Sequence record: OR906198.1
Origin: Escherichia phage BP32
Reading direction: 5' to 3' (one strand)
DNA length: 64,000 bases
The translations under genes and the position numbers were made by a program. This document shows, in pieces, positions 8,541 through 17,554 of the stretch. A model generated the notes under the pieces. The model searched no databases. It saw only the letters and a program-made list of their open reading frames with translations, and was not told the origin of the DNA. Position 1 is the stretch's first letter, and each line of letters begins with the position of its first letter.

Positions 8541-9509
8541 ATGAAAACTGTAACTATCAATAAAGGTATCTACTTCGGTAAAGAAATCTCTGGAACTTTT
8601 GAGCTCTTAGGCGAATGGTTCCCAGATAATGCTCCGGTAGATGCACAAGGAGATGGTAAAGTTTTTGTTGAAATTGACGGTAAACGTCGCGGTGTTTGGG
8701 TTTACAAATCAGATATTTCATATGATGGTGTAAAAGTTGAAGAAGTTAAAGAATCATATGAAGATATGAAAACCCGCATTAATAAAAGATTTAATGTTAT
8801 GGGAATGATGACGAATGGTATTATTAATGGAAATATTCGTTCATTAATTATCTCTGGCGCAGCAGGTATTGGTAAAACGTATTCTTTAGATAAAGCTTTA
8901 AATAAAGCAAATGATATTGGATACATTGAATATAAAAGCATTAATGGTAAAATCTCTGGTATTGGTCTTTATGAGCAGCTTTGGAATAATCGTGAAGAGA
9001 ACTCTGTCCTTTTGATTGATGATGTGGATGTTTTCTCTGATATGGACATTCTTAATCTTCTGAAAGCTGCTCTGGACACTGGAGAGACCCGTAAAGTCTG
9101 CTGGAGCACTGCATCTTCTTACTTAGAAGAAAAAGGCATTGACCGTGAGTTTGAATTTAAAGGAACGATTGTTTTTATCACAAACGTTGATATTGACCGC
9201 GAATTAGACCGTGGTACTAAACTTGCCCCACACTTACAAGCATTAGTGTCCCGCTCAGTTTATTTAGATTTGGGTGTTCACACTAATGAAGAAATTATGG
9301 TCAGGGTTGAAGATGTTATTCTTTCAACCGACATGATGCAAAAGCGCGGTCTTTCTGATGAAGAAACTTATAAAGCATTATCATGGATGAAAGTTAATGT
9401 TAATCGTTTACGCAATGTTTCACTGCGTACTGCTCTTTATCTTGCTGACTTTATTATGACCGACAAAAACGGTTGGGAAGAAATTGCTGAGGTTACTCTT
9501 CTGAAATAA
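8541..9509 (+). CDS. AAA+ ATPase (Walker A/B)
   Basis: Walker A GAAGIGKTY, Walker B LLIDDVD; GGAGA RBS; the listed start at 8373 was rejected because it reads through the terminator and promoter. Confidence 0.7.
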   Translation: MKTVTINKGIYFGKEISGTFELLGEWFPDNAPVDAQGDGKVFVEIDGKRRGVWVYKSDISYDGVKVEEVKESYEDMKTRINKRFNVMGMMTNGIINGNIRSLIISGAAGIGKTYSLDKALNKANDIGYIEYKSINGKISGIGLYEQLWNNREENSVLLIDDVDVFSDMDILNLLKAALDTGETRKVCWSTASSYLEEKGIDREFEFKGTIVFITNVDIDRELDRGTKLAPHLQALVSRSVYLDLGVHTNEEIMVRVEDVILSTDMMQKRGLSDEETYKALSWMKVNVNRLRNVSLRTALYLADFIMTDKNGWEEIAEVTLLK

Positions 9510-9610
9510 TTCATAAGAGGACTTCTATGACAAAAAGGCAGTTCAGAAATAGATTATATGGACTGCCATTAAAAAGATGACTAGAATTAAACTGGTGAAT
9601 GGAGGTAGTG

Positions 9611-9913
9611 ATGTTATACTCAAAGGCTCGTGAAATTTACGAAACTAAAATTAAAGAAGCAGTATTTCAATTCGCAACGACAATGCGATGGACAAATGAC
9701 TGGGAGTATTCAAAAAATCATAAGAAGCCCATGGTGACAAGAAAGGCTCATATGTTAGTGTTAATAGACCGTGAGCAGATTAAAGCCCGAGAAGCCCTCC
9801 AGAATCATAAAAAGGCTGCCTTTGAATGGTTTATGGATAATACTGCTCCTGAGACTAAGAAAGCGGTAAGTGCATGGTTCAGTGGAAAAAATTGTGAAAG
9901 AAGTTTCTTTTAG
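9611..9913 (+). CDS. hypothetical protein (100 aa)
   Basis: GGAGG RBS 5 nt upstream of ATG 9611. Confidence 0.55.
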   Translation: MLYSKAREIYETKIKEAVFQFATTMRWTNDWEYSKNHKKPMVTRKAHMLVLIDREQIKAREALQNHKKAAFEWFMDNTAPETKKAVSAWFSGKNCERSFF

Positions 9914-9915
9914 TT

Positions 9916-9945
9916 GTTTACAAGACTGTTCCTCTGTGGTACTAT
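9916..9945 (+). promoter_or_regulatory. T4-type early promoter with conserved leader
   Basis: near-identical copy of 63098-63157. Confidence 0.65.
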
Positions 9946-9973
9946 ACAACTATCAACTACGGAGGAACAGAAA

Positions 9974-10501
9974 ATGAACGCTAAAGATATTTTCAACTTG
10001 GTAAATTACAACGATGGTAAATTTAAATCTGAAGCACAAAGCAAGTTCTTTAACGACATCTCAATCGGAGGTGAAATCACTGTTGATGGAGGACAAATTT
10101 ACAAATCCCGTTGGAATTGGATCGTTATTATTGATGAGATCGGTATTGTAGAAATTTACAAGAATACGAATAAAAATAGTACATTACACTGGTCTCGTGA
10201 TACTAACGAACAGTACAAAAAGGATAAAGCATCTAAATTATCTCGTGTAACTCAAGAAGATATTGAGTTCATCAAGAAAGATATTTTAATGTATGATAAC
10301 TTAATTGCTGAAGAGCAAGCTGTTATTGATAAATTTGACGAGATTAAAGCTTCTCGTGAAATTCCTGATTTTATGAAAGAATCAGTAAATGAACGATACA
10401 CTCTCATTTCAGAGCGTATTGAAACTTACAAAAAGCAAAGAGCTGAACGCCAAAATACTCTTCGGAAGTTTGAAGAACGGTTAAAGACGGTACTCGCATA
10501 A
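9974..10501 (+). CDS. hypothetical protein with C-terminal coiled coil
   Basis: GGAGG RBS; 175 aa. Confidence 0.6.
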   Translation: MNAKDIFNLVNYNDGKFKSEAQSKFFNDISIGGEITVDGGQIYKSRWNWIVIIDEIGIVEIYKNTNKNSTLHWSRDTNEQYKKDKASKLSRVTQEDIEFIKKDILMYDNLIAEEQAVIDKFDEIKASREIPDFMKESVNERYTLISERIETYKKQRAERQNTLRKFEERLKTVLA

Positions 10502-10556
10502 CCGCTTTATACCAAGGATGGTATAATGGTTCTAAGCCCTTTTAATTGAGATTATT

Positions 10557-10964
10557 ATGAAACAGCTGATAATTAAAAGATTGAATTTATTGATATGTTG
10601 TTTATGTGTAGTAGTTGCATATGGTTATTACGCAATTAATGATTATATGCATTATAAAGATTATGATGTTACTGTAGTTAATACCATTACAGGAACACAA
10701 GGAAAAGGGTCTAGTTTATCGTTTATTGCCGTATATGAACTCAAAGACGGTTATAGATTTAGTGAATATATTTCACCAGAGATGTATTCGTCAATAGAAA
10801 AAGGTGATAATATTACTGTAAGTTTACGTCCTTTCGACGTAAAACAGACATTGTTTGATAATATTGTTTGGTTCTTTGGAATGGTATTAGTTCAATCTGT
10901 GTGTGGTGCTTATATAGTCTTTTCCATCATATTCTGTGTATTTAGTAAAATTGAAATTGAGTGA
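10557..10964 (+). CDS. membrane protein (N- and C-terminal TM helices)
   Basis: hydrophobic segments flanking a soluble domain. Confidence 0.55.
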   Translation: MKQLIIKRLNLLICCLCVVVAYGYYAINDYMHYKDYDVTVVNTITGTQGKGSSLSFIAVYELKDGYRFSEYISPEMYSSIEKGDNITVSLRPFDVKQTLFDNIVWFFGMVLVQSVCGAYIVFSIIFCVFSKIEIE

Positions 10965-10971
10965 GGAAAAT

Positions 10972-11859
10972 ATGTCAGTCGTAATTAATAATGTCAATGC
11001 AGTAATTAAATCTTTAGTTAATAAAAAATCAAATGAATGGACTGTACTTCAACACGACGAGTCAGATAAATTTTTTCATAAATTTAACCCAGTACTAAAT
11101 TTAAATGTTATTGATAAAGATGTTCACGCCGAAATTTTAGATAAGTTTAAAGTTGATATTGGATTTGGATTAGAAAAACATTTACAACGAACAAACGGGT
11201 CTGGAATGCTTTTATCTAATCGCATCATGAAAGCCCTTAATAAAATTGGAGCGTTGTCTCGCATTAACGCGAGTGAAATTCTTCGCAATTATAATAAAGG
11301 ATATGACCTTTATGGTCGACTAATGCCGAAATTATCATTTGACCAAATGATCGCAGATTTGTGGGAAAATCAACGACGATTATTAGCATTAGGCGCTCGA
11401 TTAGCTAAAGGTCTAGATAAACAAATGATTTTTAAAACTAATAATACAGAAGACCTTAAATGCTTTAAATTTAGTACTCGTGGAGATGATTATTACGTCA
11501 GAGCTCGCTCTACAGATTATGTTAATATGGGGCATCATCTCTGTTTAGCTTTTGAAATTTTAAAAGAAGCTGGAACATTAGAATATGTGTCTGGTGCTAA
11601 ATGTCCGATTGGTTCAAGTTGTATTTTAATTTATCGCCCGGATGAATCCAGTTCAACTAAATTGCCTACAAAACCTGTACCAGTTCATAGTAATGAAAAA
11701 CATTCTGAACAAATTGATTATTTTAATAAGCAAATTGAAGAGCTGAATATTTCTATTCAACAATATGACGATGAAATCTTTAGACTATCCGGATTGAGTA
11801 GTAAAGCTAAATCTGAACGTGAAAAATTAATTAAAATTGTTGATTTACTTAAATCTTAA
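10972..11859 (+). CDS. hypothetical protein, paralog family member 1 (C-terminal coiled coil)
   Basis: GAGGAAAA RBS; 295 aa; shares central region and coiled-coil tail with the next three ORFs. Confidence 0.6.
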   Translation: MSVVINNVNAVIKSLVNKKSNEWTVLQHDESDKFFHKFNPVLNLNVIDKDVHAEILDKFKVDIGFGLEKHLQRTNGSGMLLSNRIMKALNKIGALSRINASEILRNYNKGYDLYGRLMPKLSFDQMIADLWENQRRLLALGARLAKGLDKQMIFKTNNTEDLKCFKFSTRGDDYYVRARSTDYVNMGHHLCLAFEILKEAGTLEYVSGAKCPIGSSCILIYRPDESSSTKLPTKPVPVHSNEKHSEQIDYFNKQIEELNISIQQYDDEIFRLSGLSSKAKSEREKLIKIVDLLKS

Positions 11860-11867
11860 GGAACACC

Positions 11868-12896
11868 ATGAAAACTCGTTCTCAAATTGAAGATATGGTT
11901 CGTAATGCCAGTTATACTCGTGATGTTATGACATTTTTGTGTGAAAATAATTTAGACCTTAATAAAGTTAATTGTTCCATTCACGCCTTTAAACATCTGA
12001 ATAGCAGTGAATGGGTGCGTAATTTTAGCGAAGCAGGGTATATTACACAAATGACGGCTCGTGAGCAGCTCACTGATTTCTGTAAAACTATCGATTATAA
12101 AAATCCTCTATTTGTTCAAGGCGTTGGTCAAAGTAAGGTCGATTTATCATCTGGATTTTTTAATCCAAATCATTATCGTATTGAATGGAGATTTATTGCT
12201 CTGTTCCGCAAGCAACTAAAACAAATTTTATCAACTGCGAGTCGATTAAAAGGTTCTGATATTAACTTAAAGAATCTGAAATTTGATGGTTATACTCTTC
12301 AGATGGAAGTAAGACCATTAAAAGAAAATAATAGAACTGCACGAATTAGCTTTAAACCTAATACAAAAAATTCTCTTTCAATTTGTGAATGCCTTAAATC
12401 GCAGTTGACAGAAGCATTTAAGTATATGGATGTTGTTGCTGCTGTCCAGTCTAAGATTTCACAGCGTTTCGAACTATTTAAATTAGACACAACAACATAT
12501 AAACTTGATATGATCGTTTCATTTAAATACGATTTTTTGAGAAAGGACGAAGTCACACAAGAGAAAAAGCAGGAAGTGCAAGATAACTTAAATTTAAATT
12601 TATCCAATTACTCATCAAACGATCCTAAATTTTGGATGTATAGTTCAGGTAATAAAGATGCATGGAAATTCAATAAAGTGAATTTTCTTCCTATTGAAAA
12701 TCCGAGTCTTAAACCTGTTGAAAAATGGCATGCAGATGCGATTGAAAAGTCTATCAAGGCAGTAGATGATGAACTCGTTAAAGCAACTAATGAAGTGTTA
12801 GAAGCTGAAAAGATGCTAGAAAAAGCTCAAGAAAAAGTCAAAAATCTCACGAAGCAACGTTCTAAACTGAACAATGCACTAAATGCACTGAACTAG
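11868..12896 (+). CDS. hypothetical protein, paralog family member 2
   Basis: 342 aa; AAGGA RBS; coiled-coil C-terminus. Confidence 0.6.
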   Translation: MKTRSQIEDMVRNASYTRDVMTFLCENNLDLNKVNCSIHAFKHLNSSEWVRNFSEAGYITQMTAREQLTDFCKTIDYKNPLFVQGVGQSKVDLSSGFFNPNHYRIEWRFIALFRKQLKQILSTASRLKGSDINLKNLKFDGYTLQMEVRPLKENNRTARISFKPNTKNSLSICECLKSQLTEAFKYMDVVAAVQSKISQRFELFKLDTTTYKLDMIVSFKYDFLRKDEVTQEKKQEVQDNLNLNLSNYSSNDPKFWMYSSGNKDAWKFNKVNFLPIENPSLKPVEKWHADAIEKSIKAVDDELVKATNEVLEAEKMLEKAQEKVKNLTKQRSKLNNALNALN

Positions 12897-12925
12897 TTTA
12901 CTTTACCACAGGGATGTGGTATAAT
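12896..12925 (+). promoter_or_regulatory. T4-type early promoter
   Basis: gtttactttaccacagggatgtggtataat; one mismatch from the promoter at 58099. Confidence 0.7.
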
Positions 12926-12953
12926 GTTCTTACTTTCTACTGAGGAGATTAAT

Positions 12954-13955
12954 ATGACTCGTAACGAATATATCAAATCATTCAATAGCGTTATTGATGA
13001 TAAAGCTATACCGATGTTTGGCCAAAATAGCGTTCTTTCTATTATCAATCAATGGCTCAATAGTGTTGATGCAGGTATTGTTTCTTCTACTAAATTTATT
13101 CATGAAATTCGTAAAATTTCTAGTCGTGTAGATAAAGATGTTATCAAGAAAACCTTTAAAGAGTCTCGTCTTCTTTCATATTTGGTTAATCGGGATATTC
13201 TTGGTAATTTTGGGAAAGAAATTAAACGAACCAAAGATGTAGTAGGATATAATTGGTTCGGTGATGTTAATACTTATCATCTTAATACTAAAGAAGACCC
13301 TGAGAATATTTTTACTCGTCGTTGGGTTAGTGAATTTAGGAGTTTTACGAAGCAAATTCTAAAATCAGCTTCTAAATTATGTTATGGCGATTATCGTCAA
13401 ATTCATCCCTTAGCTGATGATATGATTATAGCAGAAGAATATGAGCTTGATAAAAACAAAGTAGCTATTTTTATTAATTACAGATTTTTTACACCAGAAA
13501 CTAACCAAAGGAATATTAATAAATTTTTCTCAATTGCTAGCACTATAACTCGTCAATTAGAGACTGCACTACTTTGTATGGAAACGGTAGAAAATATTCA
13601 TACTTATCCTTTTAAGAATATGTGCGGCTGGGAAGGATATAAAATTGTAGTTAGTCTTCGTGAAGTGAAATGTGCTTATTCACCGACTGATAAAGAAATT
13701 TACCAACAAAAATGCGAAGAAATTGTGAATACTCCTAAAGAAGAAACTACCCTTGAGGAACTAATGGAATGTCTTGATGATTCGCCTGAACCGGTAGAAA
13801 TTCGTCCAGAAGTTATTGCATTAGAAAAAGCTTATAAAGAAGTTTTAGAAATTTCTAATAAAGCGCAGAAAGAATATGAGAAGGCTAAAAGGATTTGGGA
13901 AGAATCTGTTAATCGCTTGGATCGTCTTGAACAAGCTTTACAGTTAATTAAGTAA
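12954..13955 (+). CDS. hypothetical protein, paralog family member 3
   Basis: GAGGAG RBS; 333 aa; FRSFTKQILKSASKL resembles FRKQLKQILSTASRL of member 2. Confidence 0.6.
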   Translation: MTRNEYIKSFNSVIDDKAIPMFGQNSVLSIINQWLNSVDAGIVSSTKFIHEIRKISSRVDKDVIKKTFKESRLLSYLVNRDILGNFGKEIKRTKDVVGYNWFGDVNTYHLNTKEDPENIFTRRWVSEFRSFTKQILKSASKLCYGDYRQIHPLADDMIIAEEYELDKNKVAIFINYRFFTPETNQRNINKFFSIASTITRQLETALLCMETVENIHTYPFKNMCGWEGYKIVVSLREVKCAYSPTDKEIYQQKCEEIVNTPKEETTLEELMECLDDSPEPVEIRPEVIALEKAYKEVLEISNKAQKEYEKAKRIWEESVNRLDRLEQALQLIK

Positions 13956-14007
13956 TTTAAAGCCAAGGATGGCTCGGAGTATAAATCATTAACTAAGTGA
14001 GAAGAAC

Positions 14008-14937
14008 ATGAAAACTCGTAAACATTATATTGATTATTTTGACAGTCTTATTACTAAACATCGTAATTATCAGATCGGGCACAGAGCAGTAATCAATAAT
14101 ATTCTTCGTGATTTCCTTCAATATGTTGGCCAGGAAAATCATATCTGTAAAGATACTCAAAACGCTTATTCTCATTCGTTGGGCAATTTGCTTCAATGGT
14201 TTAAACGTTCTCGTCTGTTATCTTCTACTGTAGCTAGTGATAACATTAAAAACTTTATGAAGCCGAGCTTCATTAAATCTGCGACATCTATAACCGATTT
14301 GGTTGAATTTACTATTGTTAACGATGTTAAAAAGACCCATTTGGCTGATTGGTTATCTACCATTCCTGAAACTAAATTTGCTGATAAATTCGCTTGTCAA
14401 TTCAATGACCAAGTGAATATGCTTTTTAAGCATGCTCGTAAACTATTTACCGCGGGTGATGACCGTACAAATACAGTTCATGTTAAGGACTGGGTTATTG
14501 CTGATGAAGTAACACACAAGCCAGGTGGTTCATCAGTATTAATTAATATCCAGGTTCCTTATTATTACTCACGTAATCTCGGCACCATGACAGCTAGAGA
14601 AATTAATAAGCATAACAAAACTATTCGTTCGTTGTCTTATAAACTCTGCACGATGGTGGAGATGATGGACGTAGTGGAAATGTATGACGAAACCGAAGAT
14701 AATGGTTCAATGTTATACAGTTCACGCATTCTAATTAAACTGAAGAACCCTAATACGTATAAGCCAGTTGTAAAAGAACCTAAAATAGAAAAGGTTGATA
14801 ACTTGAGCGAAGAACGTGAATACCTCAAATCTCGACTAGTTGAAGTTGAAGCTCAGATTGCCGAACACACTAAATTGTTAAAAGCTCTTAATGCAAAAGC
14901 AAATGGTTTACGTAATGCTATTGAGGTATTGAAATGA
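14008..14937 (+). CDS. hypothetical protein, paralog family member 4
   Basis: 309 aa; N-terminus MKTRKHY resembles member 2; coiled-coil C-terminus. Confidence 0.6.
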   Translation: MKTRKHYIDYFDSLITKHRNYQIGHRAVINNILRDFLQYVGQENHICKDTQNAYSHSLGNLLQWFKRSRLLSSTVASDNIKNFMKPSFIKSATSITDLVEFTIVNDVKKTHLADWLSTIPETKFADKFACQFNDQVNMLFKHARKLFTAGDDRTNTVHVKDWVIADEVTHKPGGSSVLINIQVPYYYSRNLGTMTAREINKHNKTIRSLSYKLCTMVEMMDVVEMYDETEDNGSMLYSSRILIKLKNPNTYKPVVKEPKIEKVDNLSEEREYLKSRLVEVEAQIAEHTKLLKALNAKANGLRNAIEVLK

Positions 14938-15251
14938 AAAAGCGTCTATTAGAAGATATTGCAGCTTCAAGTAATTCCAGTCTAATTAAAATTATTATGG
15001 CTGGTGAAGAAGACGATTTAGAAATGCGTGGAAAGATTCATGGTTGTGACGATCTAGACTTTAAACCTCCTGCTTGGGATGCCATTATGGCTATGGTTGA
15101 ACGCCGCGAAAGGGCTTCTAAGAATGTTCCGAACTGCCCAAAATGTGGTACTAAACAGGTCCAATTGGTCAATTGGCATAAACCAGAACTTGAATATAAA
15201 TGTCGTCATTGCAAACACCGATTTAACCGAGAAGAAAATGCCCAAGCGTAA
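14934..15251 (+). CDS. zinc-ribbon protein
   Basis: C-terminal CPKCG...(14)...CRHCKH; 105 aa. Confidence 0.55.
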   Translation: MKKRLLEDIAASSNSSLIKIIMAGEEDDLEMRGKIHGCDDLDFKPPAWDAIMAMVERRERASKNVPNCPKCGTKQVQLVNWHKPELEYKCRHCKHRFNREENAQA

Positions 15252-15480
15252 AGAATATATGGAGATTGCTGAAAAAGCAGTCCGTGAATTAGCAATAGCT
15301 TATTATAATGAACACGGTAAATTTCCTGATAGATATAGCGTTCTTAAATCTGCTTTAACTCGTTCATATAAAAATATGCTATCAGAAGTAAGTGATATTA
15401 TATACAAACATAAAGAACAAACGGGCCAAAGTCTTGATTATGACGAGACTTTTAAACAAGTACTAGGAATTAAGGAATAA
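15238..15480 (+). CDS. hypothetical protein; start uncertain
   Basis: in-frame ATGs at 15238 and 15259; weak RBS. Confidence 0.4.
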   Translation: MPKRKEYMEIAEKAVRELAIAYYNEHGKFPDRYSVLKSALTRSYKNMLSEVSDIIYKHKEQTGQSLDYDETFKQVLGIKE

Positions 15481-15481
15481 T

Positions 15482-15745
15482 ATGTTTAAAGTATATGGTT
15501 ATGATAGCAACATCCACAAATGTGTGTATTGCGATAATGCAAAACGTCTTTTGACTGTGAAGAAACAGCCGTTTGAATTTATCAACATTATGCCGGAAAA
15601 AGGTGTTTTTGATGATGAGAAAATTGCTGAACTTCTGACTAAACTAGGTCGTGACACTCAAATCGGATTGACGATGCCTCAGGTATTTGCTCCTGATGGA
15701 AGTCATATTGGTGGATTTGACCAATTGCGGGAATACTTTAAATGA
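15482..15745 (+). CDS. nrdC: thioredoxin/glutaredoxin for ribonucleotide reductase
   Basis: 87 aa; CVYC active site; sequence recognised as T4 NrdC. Confidence 0.95.
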   Translation: MFKVYGYDSNIHKCVYCDNAKRLLTVKKQPFEFINIMPEKGVFDDEKIAELLTKLGRDTQIGLTMPQVFAPDGSHIGGFDQLREYFK

Positions 15746-15957
15746 TGCTCGAAGGAACTGATTATATCCATGACTACCGCGGAAGCGCGGTATATGTGGG
15801 TGATGAGGTTGCAGTTTATTATGGGTATGGAACTTTGATGACAGCAAAGGTTATTCAAATTAAAAATGGCCGTGCTAAACTCGAAGTTTATTATTCTAAT
15901 GGTGAAAAGTCTATTTCTAAATGGAAATACGGCGATTGTATGGTCAAATTGGGGTAA
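15742..15957 (+). CDS. hypothetical protein (71 aa)
   Basis: ORF track; start overlaps nrdC stop. Confidence 0.5.
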   Translation: MMLEGTDYIHDYRGSAVYVGDEVAVYYGYGTLMTAKVIQIKNGRAKLEVYYSNGEKSISKWKYGDCMVKLG

Positions 15958-15959
15958 AT

Positions 15960-16130
15960 ATGATTTACGATATTAGTGTATCAAGAACTCCGTCAATGGT
16001 TACTATTCCAGCTGAAGAATTAGATCGTCTTCAGAAAATTGAAGAACTTCTTTGGGAAATTGAATCTGATTTGCCATCAGGATTAGAATCCTGGATTGAT
16101 TATGAAGAACTTAATAAATTGCGAAATTAA
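15960..16130 (+). CDS. hypothetical small protein (56 aa)
   Basis: in-frame ATG with GGGG RBS. Confidence 0.4.
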   Translation: MIYDISVSRTPSMVTIPAEELDRLQKIEELLWEIESDLPSGLESWIDYEELNKLRN

Positions 16131-16140
16131 GTGGTGACAA

Positions 16141-16461
16141 ATGACTATTGAAAATAAATTAGATGTTGATGCAGTTCTGAGTGAAATCATCGAAGACCAT
16201 GATGCATTTTCAGAAAACTATGATTTCGATTTTTCGGATTATCTTAAACCTGTCGAAATAGAAGACTGGGTACAAGATGGCAAATGCCAATATCGGCAGT
16301 GTGTTTATTTTAGCCCAAAACATAATGTACATGTTTCCGTAAATGAATGCCGTTCAGGTTCTTACCATTCTGACTGGTATTATGCAGTTCCGACTGTTGA
16401 ATTAGTCGAGCCCCGTGAACGTGTAGTAACTCAGACAATACGAGAATGGATTACGCTATAA
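16141..16461 (+). CDS. hypothetical acidic protein
   Basis: 106 aa ORF. Confidence 0.5.
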   Translation: MTIENKLDVDAVLSEIIEDHDAFSENYDFDFSDYLKPVEIEDWVQDGKCQYRQCVYFSPKHNVHVSVNECRSGSYHSDWYYAVPTVELVEPRERVVTQTIREWITL

Positions 16462-16584
16462 AACCTTGGTGGGCGGCTAGATGGGAAACAGTAGAGCCAG
16501 AGCCGGAAGAACCGGTTTACACTGATGAAGAAACAGTATATAATGAACCAACGATAAATGACTTAATTGATATGGAGATGGGAC

Positions 16585-17031
16585 ATGATTACAGTAGATA
16601 AGTGGTTTAGAATTAATCGTGCTGATAAAGGGCTGTGTAATTACTGGCCGGAACTTAGTGCAGGTACTGTCTTTAAAGTTCGTGAACTCGCAAAAGAATG
16701 CGAAGATGATATAGAACCTGATACTGGAATTATTGAAATTGAACTTTCTGATGGAAAGATTATTAACATCTATGATAAGCCAATTACGTATTGGTGCTTA
16801 TGGAATACTGAATCAGTAGAAAATGGCGAAATTGAAGAAGTTGTAGAACGAGCTGATCAAGCTCTTCATAAACCTAAAGCTGGATTTCAGGGTGAACGCA
16901 TTTCATATGCATTATCTAAATCGGCGTTGAAAAAAGATATTGATGATTATGAAGGAAATTTGATGCAAGCTGCGGCAGAATATATTGAATGGCTTGAAAC
17001 TCAAATTTCTTTTTCTGACCGAGCGTTTTAA
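16585..17031 (+). CDS. hypothetical protein (148 aa)
   Basis: GGAG RBS before ATG 16585; the listed TTG start at 16567 is less likely. Confidence 0.5.
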   Translation: MITVDKWFRINRADKGLCNYWPELSAGTVFKVRELAKECEDDIEPDTGIIEIELSDGKIINIYDKPITYWCLWNTESVENGEIEEVVERADQALHKPKAGFQGERISYALSKSALKKDIDDYEGNLMQAAAEYIEWLETQISFSDRAF

Positions 17032-17049
17032 TACTTGAAAATAATAAAT

Positions 17050-17077
17050 ACCCTTATCTATTTAAGGTAAGGGTTTT
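17050..17077 (+). promoter_or_regulatory. stem-loop overlapping the gene 49 ribosome-binding region
   Basis: acccttA ... Taagggt inverted repeat followed by TTTT, 3 nt before ATG 17081. Confidence 0.45.
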
Positions 17078-17080
17078 ATT

Positions 17081-17554
17081 ATGTTATTGACTGGCAAATT
17101 ATACAAAGAAGAAAAACAAAAATTTTATAATGCGCAAAATGGTAAATGCTTAATTTGCCAACGAGAACTAAATCCTGATGTTCAAGCTAATCACCTCGAC
17201 CATGACCATGAATTAAATGGACCAAAAGCAGGAAAGGTACGTGGATTGCTCTGTAATCTCTGCAATGCTGCGGAAGGTCAAATGAAGCATAAATTTAATC
17301 GTTCTGGCTTAAAGGGACAAGGTGTTGATTATCTTGAATGGTTAGAAAATTTACTTACTTATTTAAAATCCGATTACACCCAAAATAATATTCACCCTAA
17401 CTTCGTTGGAGATAAATCAAAGGAATTTTCTCGTTTAGGAAAAGAGGAAATGATGGCTGAGATGCTTCAAAGAGGATTTGAATATAATGAATCTGACACT
17501 AAAACACAATTAATAGCTTCATTTAAGAAGCAGCTTAGAAAGAGTTTAAAATGA
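17081..17554 (+). CDS. 49: endonuclease VII (Holliday junction resolvase)
   Basis: 157 aa; sequence recognised; Cys cluster and HLDHDHE motif. Confidence 0.95.
   Translation: MLLTGKLYKEEKQKFYNAQNGKCLICQRELNPDVQANHLDHDHELNGPKAGKVRGLLCNLCNAAEGQMKHKFNRSGLKGQGVDYLEWLENLLTYLKSDYTQNNIHPNFVGDKSKEFSRLGKEEMMAEMLQRGFEYNESDTKTQLIASFKKQLRKSLK

Noticed and set aside
16446-16601. 51 aa ORF overlapping the ends of two neighbouring genes
   Set aside because: It overlaps both flanking ORFs in alternative frames without a convincing RBS and is probably not translated.
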